From Octopus sinensis (lineage: Eukaryota): a stretch of DNA of 64,000 nucleotides. The notes under the pieces were generated by a model. It saw nothing but the letters and a program-made list of their open reading frames with translations. It was not told the DNA's origin and did not search any database. Each line of letters starts with the position of its first letter. Position 1 is the first letter of the stretch. Location of the stretch: NCBI RefSeq assembly GCF_006345805.1, contig NC_043001.1, positions 56,358,001-56,422,000 of the forward strand. Direction: 5' to 3'. Shown piece by piece: positions 39,411 through 52,871 of the stretch. Made by a program: the position numbers and the translations under genes.

Positions 39411-41484
39411 ATCTGACGGACAGAGTTTTAGCAAAAAATATTCAGCACTTTCAGACTCACACCTATCGCCAAATTCTCCAAAATGTATATTTTAGATCCT
39501 TAAATTCTGATGCTAAATCAGAATTTAAGGATCTAAAATATACATTTTCAGAAGATGGTTGAGCTATGAAGGATTACAGTAGCGTTGAGGTGCACATATT
39601 TCGAATGATAGTGCCAATTTTTTAAAGTTAATCTAGTAGGGAATGCCCTAAGGAATATAAGCAACAACTTTATTAAAACATTTATTTTAGAAAATATGAC
39701 TGTTATCTAAGATCTTGAATTCGTCAGTAAGCATTTATATTGTTTTATACAGAATGTTCTGGAGGTCAGTTTAGGTAATCTTGCTTGTCTTATCTTCTCA
39801 GTGAAATGATTTTGGTGTCGTATTTTGTAACTTATTATTTAACCACAGGTCAACAATAATCGTACCGATCAATATTCAAAGATATTTCAATCGACGCCAT
39901 CTCATCATTTAGGTGTATATATGATCACATTATTCTAATTTAAATAAGATATGATTTGATGGAAATTTATATCAATCTCTTTTGTGTCACCGCTTTTATA
40001 GTTTTATTGTAAGTAATATTCAGAAGACTCATTAGCGCATGTCTTCCATTCACTATAACCAACGAAAAATTAAACTGAATTCTATGTCGGCTTTCTTTCA
40101 GTACTCATAACAATAATATACTGCTTTAGCTGATATAAGTTTATCATATACACTTACATTCAAAGTTTATTGTAGTTTACGTTGTATTTCGCAATTATTA
40201 TAGTGCTCATGACCAAATTTTATTGTTGGCAACTAAATTCCATTTTAGATGACTGAGTTGTTTACCCCTAGATAAAAATCTTATAATAAAGCGCGTTCTA
40301 TTGGTAATCATCCTTTTTCCTTTTTTGATAACATGCGTATGTATTCACCGATATATTGTATATTTAACATTATACCATATAGTGTGATCTGAGGTAGGTT
40401 TCCCTGCCATCTCTAGCAGGTTGAATAGTAGCTCGGAGGATAATTGACATAATCTTTTGTGTGTGTTGTTATAGTATGTTGCATCAGTTCCATATTGTAG
40501 TCGCATAGTCAAACTGAAAAGAAAATGTGGTACATGTCTGGCTAGTTACATTCATGAAGTTTATAACTTAACATGTTTACATCTGAATTTGTAAACTAGA
40601 TTGGTTATCGGAAGCTAGTTTAATGACTACTTGCAAGCATGCAGTTGATGAGGAGATTTCTAGTTTTCGAGTTCTTGCAATATATTGTTAGCACCATTTT
40701 ATGATTGGGCGTAATATATGGTTTTCTGTTTAATGAGCATCTTGATAATATGTTCGTCTATTCTATAACGAAAATTTATTTCGTTCATATAATACACTTA
40801 ATATGTAGTCTCTTTTCTTTTTTTACTGGTAGTTATCTATTGAATTTATTGTATTGGATTATTTCTGTGTTGTTAGTGTATAATCTGGCCTACTAAATTA
40901 TTTTGAATATCTGTTATTTCTGCTGCTTTTGTAAAGGAAAATAGTAAAGATCCTTCTACGTACGGACTTTATGACTGAAACTTTATATCTATGTGGAATT
41001 TCGCCATCCTCTTCAATTTATAGTCATTTATTATTGTATTTGTATTTTTTGTATGCGTATACCTACGTAATAAATTTAATAAACGCATTGCTTCCAATTC
41101 CGGTATTTGTATTAAAGAATGGAGTTGCCGAATCGCTTGAAACTTGATCTACACTATTTTGGATATTAAAGTGAAGAACAGAATTATGAACGAAGCAATT
41201 CTATATTTCGTACCTTAACCAATGAACGATTGTAAATTTTCTGACTGACACTTTCATCATACTTCAACAACTACGCAGTAGGCTATAACTACCCTAACGA
41301 TATCGTAATAAAACCAATTCACCTCCACAATCGTTTCCAGTACTTTTCTAGGAAGAAACATAATAACAGTCAATGGCCTATAATTTTTTTTAACGCAATT
41401 CTCTGTGTAATATTTTAGTACATCATACATTGTATATACATGGTGGGCCAAAAGTCACACATAACATTTGACATTTTATTTCTA

Positions 41485-42213
<729 letters not shown>

Positions 42214-43339
42214 ATGTTTGACTTTACTTTATATTTGTACAAGTTGATTCCAAGTTTCACTCAGAGATCTCAAGAGACAACAAGCTAGAAATTCAAGTTG
42301 TTTTTATGACTATGGTGCTATACATCGGGTTTTGCACAAACCATTGTTCTAGAGAATGTTTAAGAAAACAAAAAAAATATAAGTTTGTTTTAAAATTTGG
42401 GATTACATAGACAGTATTTTACGTAGGATATGGGCAGTTTCCATAAGCAGTATTTTTTGAATTTCTGCCGTTCATGAATTTCCAGGTATCTCAGCTAGGT
42501 AGCTATCAGCCCCCTTTGCTATCATTCCTAGGGCACCTGTAACAACAGGTATTGTTTTAGTCTTGAGGTTCCACATTTTGCCAATTTCTACTTCAAGATC
42601 TTTATACTTGCTCAGTTTTTGGCAGGTCTTTACAGATATATTTATGCCGACTGAGACAGTCATAACGATGTGGAAGCATGAGTTTTGTCTGAAGTTCTTC
42701 AATATAATGTCTGGCCTATTCTCATCTATCTTTCTGTCAGTTTGAACGGTGAAGTTCCAGAGGTGTGAGATGTGATCATTTTCAAGAACTAGAGGTGGTT
42801 TGTGTTCTTACCAGTTTTTATCATGAGGCAGGTTCAAGTTTTTGCAAATTACCCAGTGAATATACTGTGTTGCTCTATCATGCCTATTAAGATACTCTGT
42901 AGGCGCAAGAAGACTGCACTTGGAGACAACGTGATCGAGAGTTTCATTTCGTTGTTTACATACACGACATGTTGGGGTTATTGCCGTTCTTTAATATGTT
43001 GACCCAGGAGCTCCTTGTAGGTAGGCATTAAACTTAGGCTGCTATGATAAACCCTTCTGTCTCTGATTTTAAGCTAGACGAAACTAACCATTGATGAGTA
43101 AGAGCTTTGTCAACATCGGCATTATTATCTCTCTTTGGGTATTTGCCATTGTATTTTTCTGTCAAGATTATATATTTCAGTAATTCACCAGTTAATAATA
43201 TTGAAACTGTAAGTCCACGACCGGTATGGCTAAAGTATTGATCACTTCGATCCTGTTTCTTGCATTCAGGTCTGCCTTGAGTATTGCCCTTACCAGCGAT
43301 AACATTCTCTTCTGATCCTTTCCCTCATCATTGAATGTT
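42214..43339 (-). mobile_element. 5'-truncated R4/Dong-like LINE (copy B) bounded by (TAA)n on both sides
   Basis: VRAILKADLNARNRIEVINTLAIPV, QWLVSSSLKSETEGFIIAA, CRVCKQRNETLDHVVSKC (CCHC), NRPDII...KLSKYKDL...IPVVTGALG (RLE), KILLMETAHILRKIL*. Confidence 0.88.
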
Positions 43340-43341
43340 TG

Positions 43342-43394
<53 letters not shown>

Positions 43395-43428
43395 CATCAT
43401 TATCATTATCATTATCATTACCATTATG

Positions 43429-43476
<48 letters not shown>

Positions 43477-43938
43477 TATTATTATTATTATTATTATTAT
43501 CATTATTATTATTATTATCTATACTATGATTGCGCTTTTTACGCCTGTGTGTGTCTGAGTTAAAATTTTGTTACCAAACTCTTCCGCAACTACTGGACTG
43601 TGGCTATCGGGAGAGTGTCAGCATCTATATGGGTTCCAGTCTAGTAAAATCCGACAAAACGAATTACCCCTCTCTCATTATTCAATGACTCTCTTACTAT
43701 TCCTCAGGCTTAATAACTCTTTCTCTGATTGAGAGCTGTAGTGTGAGGAGTGGTAATTGACAGAATTGCATACAATGTTACCTCTCATAACTCTCTCTCA
43801 CACACACATACTACATCTCTTAACTCTCTTAACCGGTTGCTCTCTTTTCCATGTCTCCTTCGGTGTTACTTTCATGTTTCTCTCTCCATATATATATTAC
43901 ATATTGAACTCACTCTCTCATACAATGTTAGCTCTCAT

Positions 43939-43975
<37 letters not shown>

Positions 43976-44109
43976 ACATATTTACTACTTCCCTTACTTC
44001 ATTCTCTCTTAACCGGTTGCGTTCTCTGAAATGTTTCTATCGGTGTCATTTTGAAAATAAATAAATAAATAAATAAAAATAAAATACTGTTAGTCTTCGG
44101 TGAAGATTA

Positions 44110-44542
44110 CAGTAACATCTTACTCGCTAAACACTATCTTAAAGTACGATTTTTATGTTATTGAATTGCTCTAAACGAATTTGACAATAAAAATGTTGGA
44201 AATTTAGTATTTTTAAGATATTAGTAAAATTTGTCGGATCTATTTTCATGCCGTCGGAGGTACTCTTATGTCTCTTTACGTCGTTGCGTGTATGAATATG
44301 TTATTGAATGTACTGTCGTCTGATGTTTCATGCATGCGTAGAATTCTAAAATAACGCGTTAAAAAGTATTAAAATTTCGGAAACTTTATGCATTCGACTG
44401 CATGAAAATAGGTTCGACTAATTTTATTATTACCTTAAGAAATACTAAATTTCCGACATTTTTGTGGTCAAATTCGTTTACAGTAATTCGACAACATAAA
44501 AATCGTATTTTGAAATGGTGTTTAGCGAGAGTGGTGTAATTG
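44110..44542. mobile_element. TA-flanked MITE with ~150-bp TIRs nested in the Helitron
   Basis: TA-CAGTAACATCTTACTCGCTAAACAC...TATTTTCATGCCGTCG versus the reverse complement of the right arm, TA-CAATTACACCACTCTCGCTAAACAC...TATTTTCATGCAGTCG. Confidence 0.85.
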
Positions 44543-44639
44543 TAAATAAATACCCAAGGTAAATATTTACAATTAATACCGTGAAAACTTCCCGTTCAGA
44601 GAAAATAGCTGACATATTAGCTGAATCTTCTCAAAACTT

Positions 44640-45941
44640 TCACTGTATAATTGTCATAACTATTCACGCTTTCATCAGTACACTATGCCCAGAAAAAAAA
44701 AGGGCAACAACCTGTACCGAAAAAAATTCGGTTCACAAAAGATTGCTGAGCAAAGACAAGAGACGCTAACTGAAGAAAGCAGACAGGGACCCAGCTCTTC
44801 TCAGTATCTCGAAATAAAGCGAAGGAAAATACAAGAACGCGTGCAATGGAAATACCAGAAGAAACAGAGTCACGGAGAAATGCAGATCGGCTGAGGAGAC
44901 AGGAAATCCGTACAATGGAAAGACCAGAAAATTCAGAAGCACGGAGGAATGAGAATCAGATGAGAACACAGGAAACCCGTGCAATGGAAAGACCAGGAAA
45001 AAGAGAAGCACGGAGGAATGTGAATTGGCTGTGAACATAAAAGCAATGCAATGGAAACACCACAAGAAACAGAATCACGGAGGAATACTGATCAGCTGAG
45101 GAAACAAGACTCTAGGGAAAACACGTCGCTGCCACAAATTCAGCAGTGACAAGCAAACAACCCAGGCACGATGCCAATCGTTACTTCGTCAGCTGAGAGA
45201 ATGGCTGTGGAAGTCAATGTGGAAGATTTTCATGAGAAAGAGCGAGACTCTAGCCTTAAGTTGAACTCTTTTTAACAGAATATGCCCAGACTGCGAAGCA
45301 TGCCTTTGGGGTGCTGAGAAAACTACCCTCTCTTGTGGTAAAGGAAAATTTAGCAATGACAAAGTTCCATAGAATAAAAAAAGCTCATAGAATTAATAGC
45401 TAAATACTATGATGTTAATATATGTGGTCAAATGTTTCCGAACAAAATTCCTGACTACAATAATTTACTGGCTATGGCTTCACTTGGACTGGATAATCCA
45501 CCAGTTGGACCACAGGGTGGTAGCACTTTTATGTCTACACTCAAGATAAAAGGAAATATGTACCACCTCGTAGGAAGTCTCTTACCAGCAGTAAATAGGA
45601 AACTAATCTACGCGCAACTATATTTCGTTGACAGTGAAATTGAGATGAGTAATAGGTTGCCACTCAGAGGAGCTGTCTATGATCTTAATGAGAACATCTT
45701 TCTAGACTTGCAGAGAGCACTGCATATGCACAATCCATATGTCAAAAGTTTTAAACAAGCTATTGATATAATTAAGGAATACTGTGCATTAGGAAAATGT
45801 TCTACCGGTGATATTACTTTAAGTCATGACAAACAGCTTATTCCTGCTGGGTCACATGAGGGAACCTATAATCCACCGACTGCATCAGAAGGAGCTGATA
45901 ACAATAATCCAAACATTAAACCTGTGGACGTTGTTGTGAAG

Positions 45942-46001
<60 letters not shown>

Positions 46002-46515
46002 AATGGGAAGTTAGACTACATTAGTCAAATCCATAGAAGCTAAGACCCTCTTCATTATGTACTTCGGTTTCCCTATAGGGAAGATGGGTGGAATGTGCTC
46101 TTGAAAGACAATGACCGAAGCAAAAACAACACTGAGTGTGACTTTTATTCTTATCGGCTTCAGTTAAGAAAGAACGAGTTCAATGGAATAATGAAAAGTA
46201 TACGACTGATACAACAATATGTAGTGGATCAATATGCAAAGATACAGCTAGATGGATAACACTTCCTGAGAACTCATCAGAAACAACTTAAGGCTGAAAA
46301 GCACCAGGGCCTTCTGGATGCTATTGCAAATGGTGTCAAGAATGACGTGTGGTTCAAAGCATACTTCCGCCATTACATACTGGTTATCCTCGGTTTTACG
46401 GGGAGTATTTCCAAGCTAGAATGACTCTGGTGAGAGAGTTTGGAAAGCCAGACTACTTCACCACTATGACAACTAACCCAAAGTGAACTCAGGTAACGGA
46501 AGCCGTGTTTGGTTC
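44640..46515 (+). pseudogene. Helitron RepHel N-terminal part, ending after Rep motif 1; remaining Rep motifs and helicase absent
   Basis: See the Helitron feature. Stops and frameshifts are present, and an (AG)28 expansion at 45945-46000 keeps the frame. Confidence 0.8.
44841..45116 (+). repeat. Four 69-bp (23-codon) tandem repeats in the Helitron ORF
   Basis: Units start at about 44841, 44910, 44979 and 45047 (gtgcaatggaaa.acca...cacggaggaat), encoding RAMERPE..EARRN-type repeats. Confidence 0.85.
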
Positions 46516-46744
46516 TAGGAACAATGAGCATATATTGGCTTTGGTTCTTGGAACAATGTGCATATATTGGCTTTGGACTCAAGGTATAAGGGTATTACAG
46601 GAATCTACACTGACAACGTTGTCTATAAAGAAATTCTTTAAGAAAATTATAAGTTTCACTTTTTACTTTCAAACTACGAACAGGAGTTTATATATGAACT
46701 AACAGAATCGACCGCCTGGAGGGCGGTGATTCAGCTAGTTATTA

Positions 46745-49700
46745 TAGACGTCGCACAGTATACAATATCGTGATGATGATTGAACATATTGTGTCTACTG
46801 GAGGTTTGTAGTGTTTGTCAAGTCAAAACAAGAACCTCAAACAGATTACTTTACGCAATATGCGTGCAGTTCCAAATAATGCCGACTTTTGCATGACATC
46901 TAGATTGTAGGATATTTCTAAGGTTTTCAGAAGTTTTTTTCAGATTGGGTGGTATTGAACCCAATGCTCCGATGACAATAGGGATAACCTTTATGTTTGA
47001 CTCTCGTAGGCGCTATACCTTAGCGATTTCAATTCTCAGGTCTCATATTTATCAACCTTTTTCTCGTTTTTTCATGATGTTATGTTGAACATCTGGCACT
47101 ACCACGTCAATTATCAGGCACTCTTGTTTGTCCCTCCTAATGGTTACTATATCCGACCTTCGGTGCTCTAACAACTTGTCTGCCTGGAAATCAAAGTCCC
47201 AGAAGATTTATGCCTTTCCATTTTCGTCCATTACCTTTGCCGATGAATGTTGGTACCAAACACCCGTAACCTCATCTCCATACTTACGGCATAGTAGCCA
47301 GTGGAGATTTTGGGCTACCTTGTCGTGTCTATGTTTGTACTCTTTCTGCGCTAGACTTTCACAAGCACTAACAATATGAGTTACGCTTTCAACCCTTTTC
47401 CCGTACATTCTGCAGCGGTCCACTGTACTTATGTGGTATATATTCTGTTTCACTGAGTTGGTATTCAATGCCTTGTCCTGGGCAGCGATGATTAGGCTTT
47501 CAGTATTCTGTTTTAGGCCACCCTTGTTGAGCCATCTCCATGAAGCTTCCTGGTCTTCTAAGTTGTTGTTTTCATGGTGGAACTGACCAAGTAATTCCAT
47601 ACGGAGTAGGGTTTCTTCTCTCTCGTTGGCCGTTCTTGATCTGAATTCATGTGTACTCTCAAAGTCCATTTTTGTTAAATCCTTCTGCACCAGCAGCATA
47701 CTGTAGCAGATCTTGTATGTTATTTACCAAATATTCTGCTTTGTTTCTTCTTTCACTGTTGATGCACTCCCGTATGCTAATCAATCCACGTTCACCTTTA
47801 TCTCTCTTCATGTAGAGCCAGTGTATATTTGATATAGGATGGAGCGCACCATTAATTGTCATTGTCTTTCGGGAAGTGCGATCGAGTTGGTCAATCTCCG
47901 CTTGTATCCATTTCAGGATGGGGTGCACTATAGCGGACTACATTAACAGCCCATATGTTGATGGCAGTCACAAGTTTCCATGAGTTGAGCTTTGATTTCA
48001 AGACAAGTTTGAGGCGCTTGAAATATGCAGTGATGATCTTGTCTTTCATTTCTTTGTGTAAGATATTGTCCAGCTCCAGGATCCCAAGGTACTTCTACCC
48101 ATCATCATCCGGGTCTTCCATTCTCTCTGAGTTTGATAATTCTATACCCATACAATTTACTATTTCCCCCGCTTCAAATTAAGCACTGCGCACTTCGATA
48201 TACTGAATTCCATCCCTATATCCTTGCTGCGTATTTTCACAGTCTCAACCAGCCTCTCAATTTCGGGCTCTGTTTATGGGACAGTTTTAAATCATTCATG
48301 GAGAAAAGGTGGTTGAGATGAGGTTCATTCTTTCTCAGCTTATAGTGCGCGTTGATTTTACGTAGGACTACAGAGTGTGGGTTCAAGACTATAACAAATA
48401 ACAGAGGCAAACAAGTGTCTCTTGAAAGTACGTTTTGTTCTACTGGCAGTAGATTGTTTGTCGTAAGGAACGTATAAATTTTCTCTACGATGTTACCTGT
48501 TAATACTTTCCATGGGAGGTTAAGACAAGCAATGGGTCAGTAATTGCCAACCTCATTGCCCTTTGATCGATCTTTCATTAACAATATTGCTCTTCTCTCT
48601 ACTATCCACTCCTGAACTGCCCCGGTCTACAGGCAGTTGTCTAATTGCAACGCAGTTCTTTCGTGTATTGACCTAAACCACTTGAGCCAGTTGCCTTGAA
48701 TTCTGTCTGGTCCTGCTGCTTTCCAGTTTGGAAGTTTTGATATCTGTGCAATGACATTTTCCGTTGTTATGCGCACATGGTCCTGTCGTGGATCCTCCGG
48801 TGATGGTGTTCGGATCTGACAGAATGAATCCACTCAGCACTGTGATTGTGTGAAACGTCTTGCCCCCAGATTTTATTCCCAAAATGTGCGGGTTTCTTCT
48901 GCATCAGGAAGTGTATTATCTTCTTTATTTCTTTCTAAGCCCATAAAACACTGCCTCTGATAATAACCAGTTTTGATGGAACTGCGATATGCGATCAGTG
49001 TAGCGTTGCACTTTCAATGTTTTAGCCCGGACACATTGTTTTAGGATTTTAATGACAGTTTTGAACTCTTTCTTTTCTAGTTGATACTTCGCGTCAAGTG
49101 ATGCCCTTGCATTTTCTTTTCCATGTTTCATTGTGTTTCCGTTTAGAACTACTCTTCTGTGCAGCTCATATCTTTTACACAAAGTTAGAATATCGCCTTC
49201 AATTCTCCGCTTACACCATGGCTCCTTCTGTCCGTCTACTTTCCTCTCTTTCTTTCCAACCAGTTCACCAACTAAAATCGAAACGGATCTGATCAAATCC
49301 CTTGTTTCTGTTAGATCTTTTGTCAGAATGTCTTTCAGAATCTCATCAACTTTTTGGTCACGCGTTTCACATTGTTACTGTCGAAGCTTCTTAGATTCAC
49401 CGGCTTGGTCTCTGTTATTGAAATTACTATATCCACGAGTCTTTTCCTGAAGTTTCTCTATTCCTCAGTCATATCATCTCTTATTTCAAGGTTTTCTACC
49501 TTATATTGACTGGCCGGCCTCTCCTTCACTACAACTTCACCTTGGTTACGCATTTGCTGGTCTTCACCCATGTCATTCTCCTCGAGATTCTCACCACTAC
49601 AGAGGCTTTTCCTGATTGTCTGAATCTGGGCCTCATTAAGAAAGCTTCTATTCCAAATTATTCTTATCTGATTCATCAGTCTATTTTCAGTAATCTGGAA

Positions 49701-50307
49701 CATACCCAGCTGGTTCGAAAGTTCTAATGATCTTTTTCCAGCAGCTTTTCTTTTGCCATTGTTCTTGTCTAGCAAGGCTTGTTCGTGACACTGGATCATA
49801 TCAACAGACCACTTGCGTTTGCGAGCACGTTGCATAATTTGACGAGTACCAGGACTATGTCTTGCTGCATGACTAGCAGTTGTTGGCAGAGTATCTGGCA
49901 TCTCCAAACAACCAGTGCTCCGGATAGGCTGTACTCGTAAGCAACCTAAGAGAAGGAACATTCTAAGCCCAAAACCAAGGGAGCAAGGACCCTGCCGCCT
50001 TGGCGGGTGCGGCATCTTCACCATTGGTTCTAGTCCCATTCACACCGTTATCGTAATTTATTTTGCTTGGCATTTTCACTGACAAATGAGGTGTATTTTT
50101 AGGTTACTACCAACCAGTATTTTTATCGAGACACCATCTCTATCGAGGTAGTACGCCAAGGAGGCAGATTCCTTCTTCCTCTGGTTTTGGGCTTGGAGTG
50201 TTCCTTCTGCTTGACAATCAAGGCTAACGAGTACAGCCTACCCGGAGCTGGTTATTTGGAGGCACCAGATACTCGCCTTTTCCCACACTTTCTTCTTTTT
50301 AAAAACC
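46745..50307 (-). mobile_element. Near-full-length R4/Dong-like LINE (copy A), pseudogenised, with an RT-internal deletion
   Basis: N-terminal ENRLMNQIRII, KEPWCKRRIE, PNWKAAGPDRIQGNWLK, LFSMNDLKL (YxDD region), KYLGI, CRMYGKRVESVTHIVSAC, IPIVIGALG, QKSALFGTARILRKV. The 3' end reads ...gcgacgtcta(TAA)n. Confidence 0.9.
49885..50277. repeat. ~120-bp inverted repeat (49885-50005 / 50154-50277) at the 5' end of Dong copy A
   Basis: ggcagagtatctggcatctccaaacaaccag...aagcccaaaacca...ccttggcg versus the reverse complement ggcgagtatctggtgcctccaaataaccag...aagcccaaaacca...ccttggcg. Confidence 0.85.
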
Positions 50308-50376
<69 letters not shown>

Positions 50377-50458
50377 TACTATTATTATTATTATCATTAT
50401 TATTATTATTATTGTTGTTGTTGTTATTATTATTATTACTATTACTATTATTATTATT

Positions 50459-50489
<31 letters not shown>

Positions 50490-50490
50490 A

Positions 50491-50521
<31 letters not shown>

Positions 50522-50566
50522 TATTATTATTATATTATTATTATTATTATATTACTATTATTATTA
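50308..50566. repeat. (ATT)n microsatellite between Dong copies A and C
   Basis: Directly visible. Confidence 0.95.
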
Positions 50567-50569
50567 TTT

Positions 50570-50915
50570 TTTTTTTCTTCTTTCAAATTTGCTTTAATTT
50601 CTTGCCGAGTGTCTTCCCGACTCCTAGGGCAAAGAAACTCATAGTATACATTGGTAGGCCATTAAACCAAACTCAGTAGTTCGTTCATTTAAAAATTTTT
50701 TTTTTTAAAGTTAAATTAAAATACATGAGCAGCAACAGTTCTCACATCGACAATGCTCTTCTCAATACGTGTGATGTACCAGTTAAGACAATCTTTTGCA
50801 CTTCTTGCAGGGATGGTAAGCCAGGGATCATTCTCATATAATTTTCGTTTCCCTTCTTGATCATTCCTAGTGCTCCTACGATCACTGGTATTGTAACCTA
50901 TAATTTTCGGTTCCC

Positions 50916-50917
<2 letters not shown>
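50570..50917 (-). mobile_element. Short 5'-truncated R4/Dong-like LINE (copy C) bounded by (TAA)n
   Basis: TIPVIVGALGMIKKGNENYMRMIPGLPSLQEVQKIVLTGTSHVLRRALSM*, followed by a distinct 3' UTR. Confidence 0.85.
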
Positions 50918-50992
<75 letters not shown>

Positions 50993-50994
50993 TA

Positions 50995-51203
50995 ACGTAG
51001 CGAGCTGGTAGAATCGTTAGCACACCGGGCGAAATGTTTAGCGGTATTTCGTCTGATGCTACGTTCTGAGTTAAAAAATTCCACTGAGCTCGACTTTGCG
51101 TTTCAACCTTTAGGGTCAATAAATTAAGCACCAGCGAAACATTGGGGTCGATGTAATCGACTATCCCCTCTCCCAATTTTCAGGCTTTGTACCTTTAGGA
51201 GAA

Positions 51204-51204
<1 letters not shown>
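50995..51204 (+). mobile_element. SINE family B
   Basis: gcgagctggtagaatcgttagcacaccgggcgaaatg...gttctgagtt..., matching the other family B copies. Confidence 0.8.
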
Positions 51205-51234
<30 letters not shown>

Positions 51235-51369
51235 CTTCTTCTTCTTCTTCTTCTTCTTCTTCTTCTTCTTCTTCTTCTTCTTCTTCTTCTTCTTCTTCTT
51301 CTTCTTCTTCTTCTTCTTCTTCTTCTTCTTCTTTTTCTTCTTCTTTTTCTTCTTCTTCTTCTTCTTCTT
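51205..51369. repeat. (CTT)n microsatellite
   Basis: Directly visible. Confidence 0.95.
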
Positions 51370-51921
51370 GAGTGAGAGAGCAGTGCATGACATCAAGGTG
51401 ACACTGGGGTAAAATATACGAAGCCAGTATACCCATCAAGACCACTCGTCTGATAAGGGTACACTAGCCTCATGCATCACGGCCAGAAGTGCGCGACATG
51501 GTGGTCTCATATCAAGATTAACAGCGCATGTCCTTGTAGGTGGGGCCCAGTTAGAATTTCCTCCATGTCGAGCAGCCCATTCCTCCCAAAAGGTCCCTGA
51601 ATAAGGGTTGTTTAAGGATTTTGAACAAAGTACCGATATTTCCAGAGGTGAATTATCCAAACCCGAAAGAATCTCTCCCAACACTTAGTTATGATGCTCC
51701 CCCACTACTCTGCTCGTGATCAGAGATGCACATATCGTTAGCCACTAAGGGACATACTCAACTGGTTATGGTCAAACAACTGACAGGCAAATCTGTGGTA
51801 TTGAGCAGAATATTTGCTGTAGCCCATCTTTTTAACAAGTGAAAACAATGTATATGATAACATGTCCAATCAGTTAAGATCAGAAGCCATGAGAGCCAGT
51901 GCCCGGTACTGCATCAGGGCA
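51370..51921 (-). mobile_element. ~550-bp non-coding interspersed repeat (family D), apparently full length
   Basis: Collinear with 61603-62138 along its whole length and flanked by (CTT)n and (ATT)n. Orientation is inferred from the truncation pattern. Confidence 0.8.
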
Positions 51922-51929
51922 ATTTATTA

Positions 51930-51981
<52 letters not shown>

Positions 51982-51983
51982 CA

Positions 51984-52145
51984 TTTCCTCCACCTTAGCG
52001 AAAGCGGAGGTATTGTTTTCAGTCATTTTTGTTTGTACGTGGACAAGATATCTCAAGAACGGCTGAATAGATTCAAACGAAATTTTTAGGGATGTTTGGC
52101 CTCGTGACTGGCACGAATCGCGTAGATTTTGGGATCGATTGGGTT
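51984..52145 (+). mobile_element. Helentron-associated HINE/DINE-1-like element, 5' part
   Basis: CCTCC..GGAGG subterminal inverted repeat (51987-52010), then tattgttttc..tttgtttgt..caagatatctcaagaacggctgaatagatt...gaaatttt. This resembles DINE-1/HINE core architecture as I recall it. Confidence 0.5.
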
Positions 52146-52167
52146 TAGAGAGCTCTGTACGTACATA

Positions 52168-52381
52168 GCGGCGAGCTGACAGAATCGTAAGCGCGCCGGG
52201 CAAAATGATTAGCGACATTATGCCTGTCTTTACGTTCTGAGTTCAAATTTTGCCGAGGTCGGATTTGCCTATCATCCTTTCGAAGCCGTTAAAATAAGTA
52301 CTTGTCTAGCACTGGGGGTCGATGTAATGGCCTTATCCTTTTCTCCGAAATTGCTGGCCTTGAGTCAAAATTTGAGACCAA
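52168..52381 (+). mobile_element. SINE family B
   Basis: Matches the other family B copies. Confidence 0.8.
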
Positions 52382-52816
52382 TATTTTTGTACGTGCCACA
52401 TTTATTCCAAATTATCGAAATTCATCGGTAGCACTGCGGACCATGGATATCTGAAAATCGTCAGTAATGCCTGATTCTAATGTACTTAGAACAAAGTTTG
52501 CTCAACTCGTTATACTCAGCTCTAAGAATTTCACTGAAAATATTGTCACTTCTCTCCACCATTAGTTCTTATACTTGTTTCTATAACATAGACACAAGAC
52601 TTGAAATATGGGGGATATCAAAGGAGGTAGGACGATTACATCGATTTCACAATTTACTGGTATTTTATCATCATAATCTATCTATCTATCAATCTGCCTA
52701 TCAGTCTGTCTCTCTGCCTGCGTTCCTGCTGACTGTTTTTCTGTGCTTGTATGTATGTGTATGTTTATATATACACACACACATACACACATATATATAT
52801 ATATATGTATGTGTGT

Positions 52817-52866
<50 letters not shown>

Positions 52867-52871
52867 TGTGT

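Larger units (their letters stand above)
43518..46738 (+). mobile_element. Internally deleted Helitron with both termini
   Basis: A|TCTATACTATG at 43518. 3' hairpin ACCGCC-tggag-GGCGGT (46711-46727), then CTAG (46735-38)|T. The flanks rejoin as perfect (TTA)n. RepHel motifs are present: KIKGNMYHLVGSLLP..YAQLYFVD..HNPYVKSFK, DPLHYVLRFPY.EDGW, QQYVVDQYAK, FGKPDYFTTMTTNPK. Confidence 0.9.

Noticed and set aside
39900-41100. Possible very old GIY-YIG/PLE relic on the minus strand (NLVYKFRC, YIGEYIR)
   Set aside because: Two short motif echoes in different frames are too weak to support a call.
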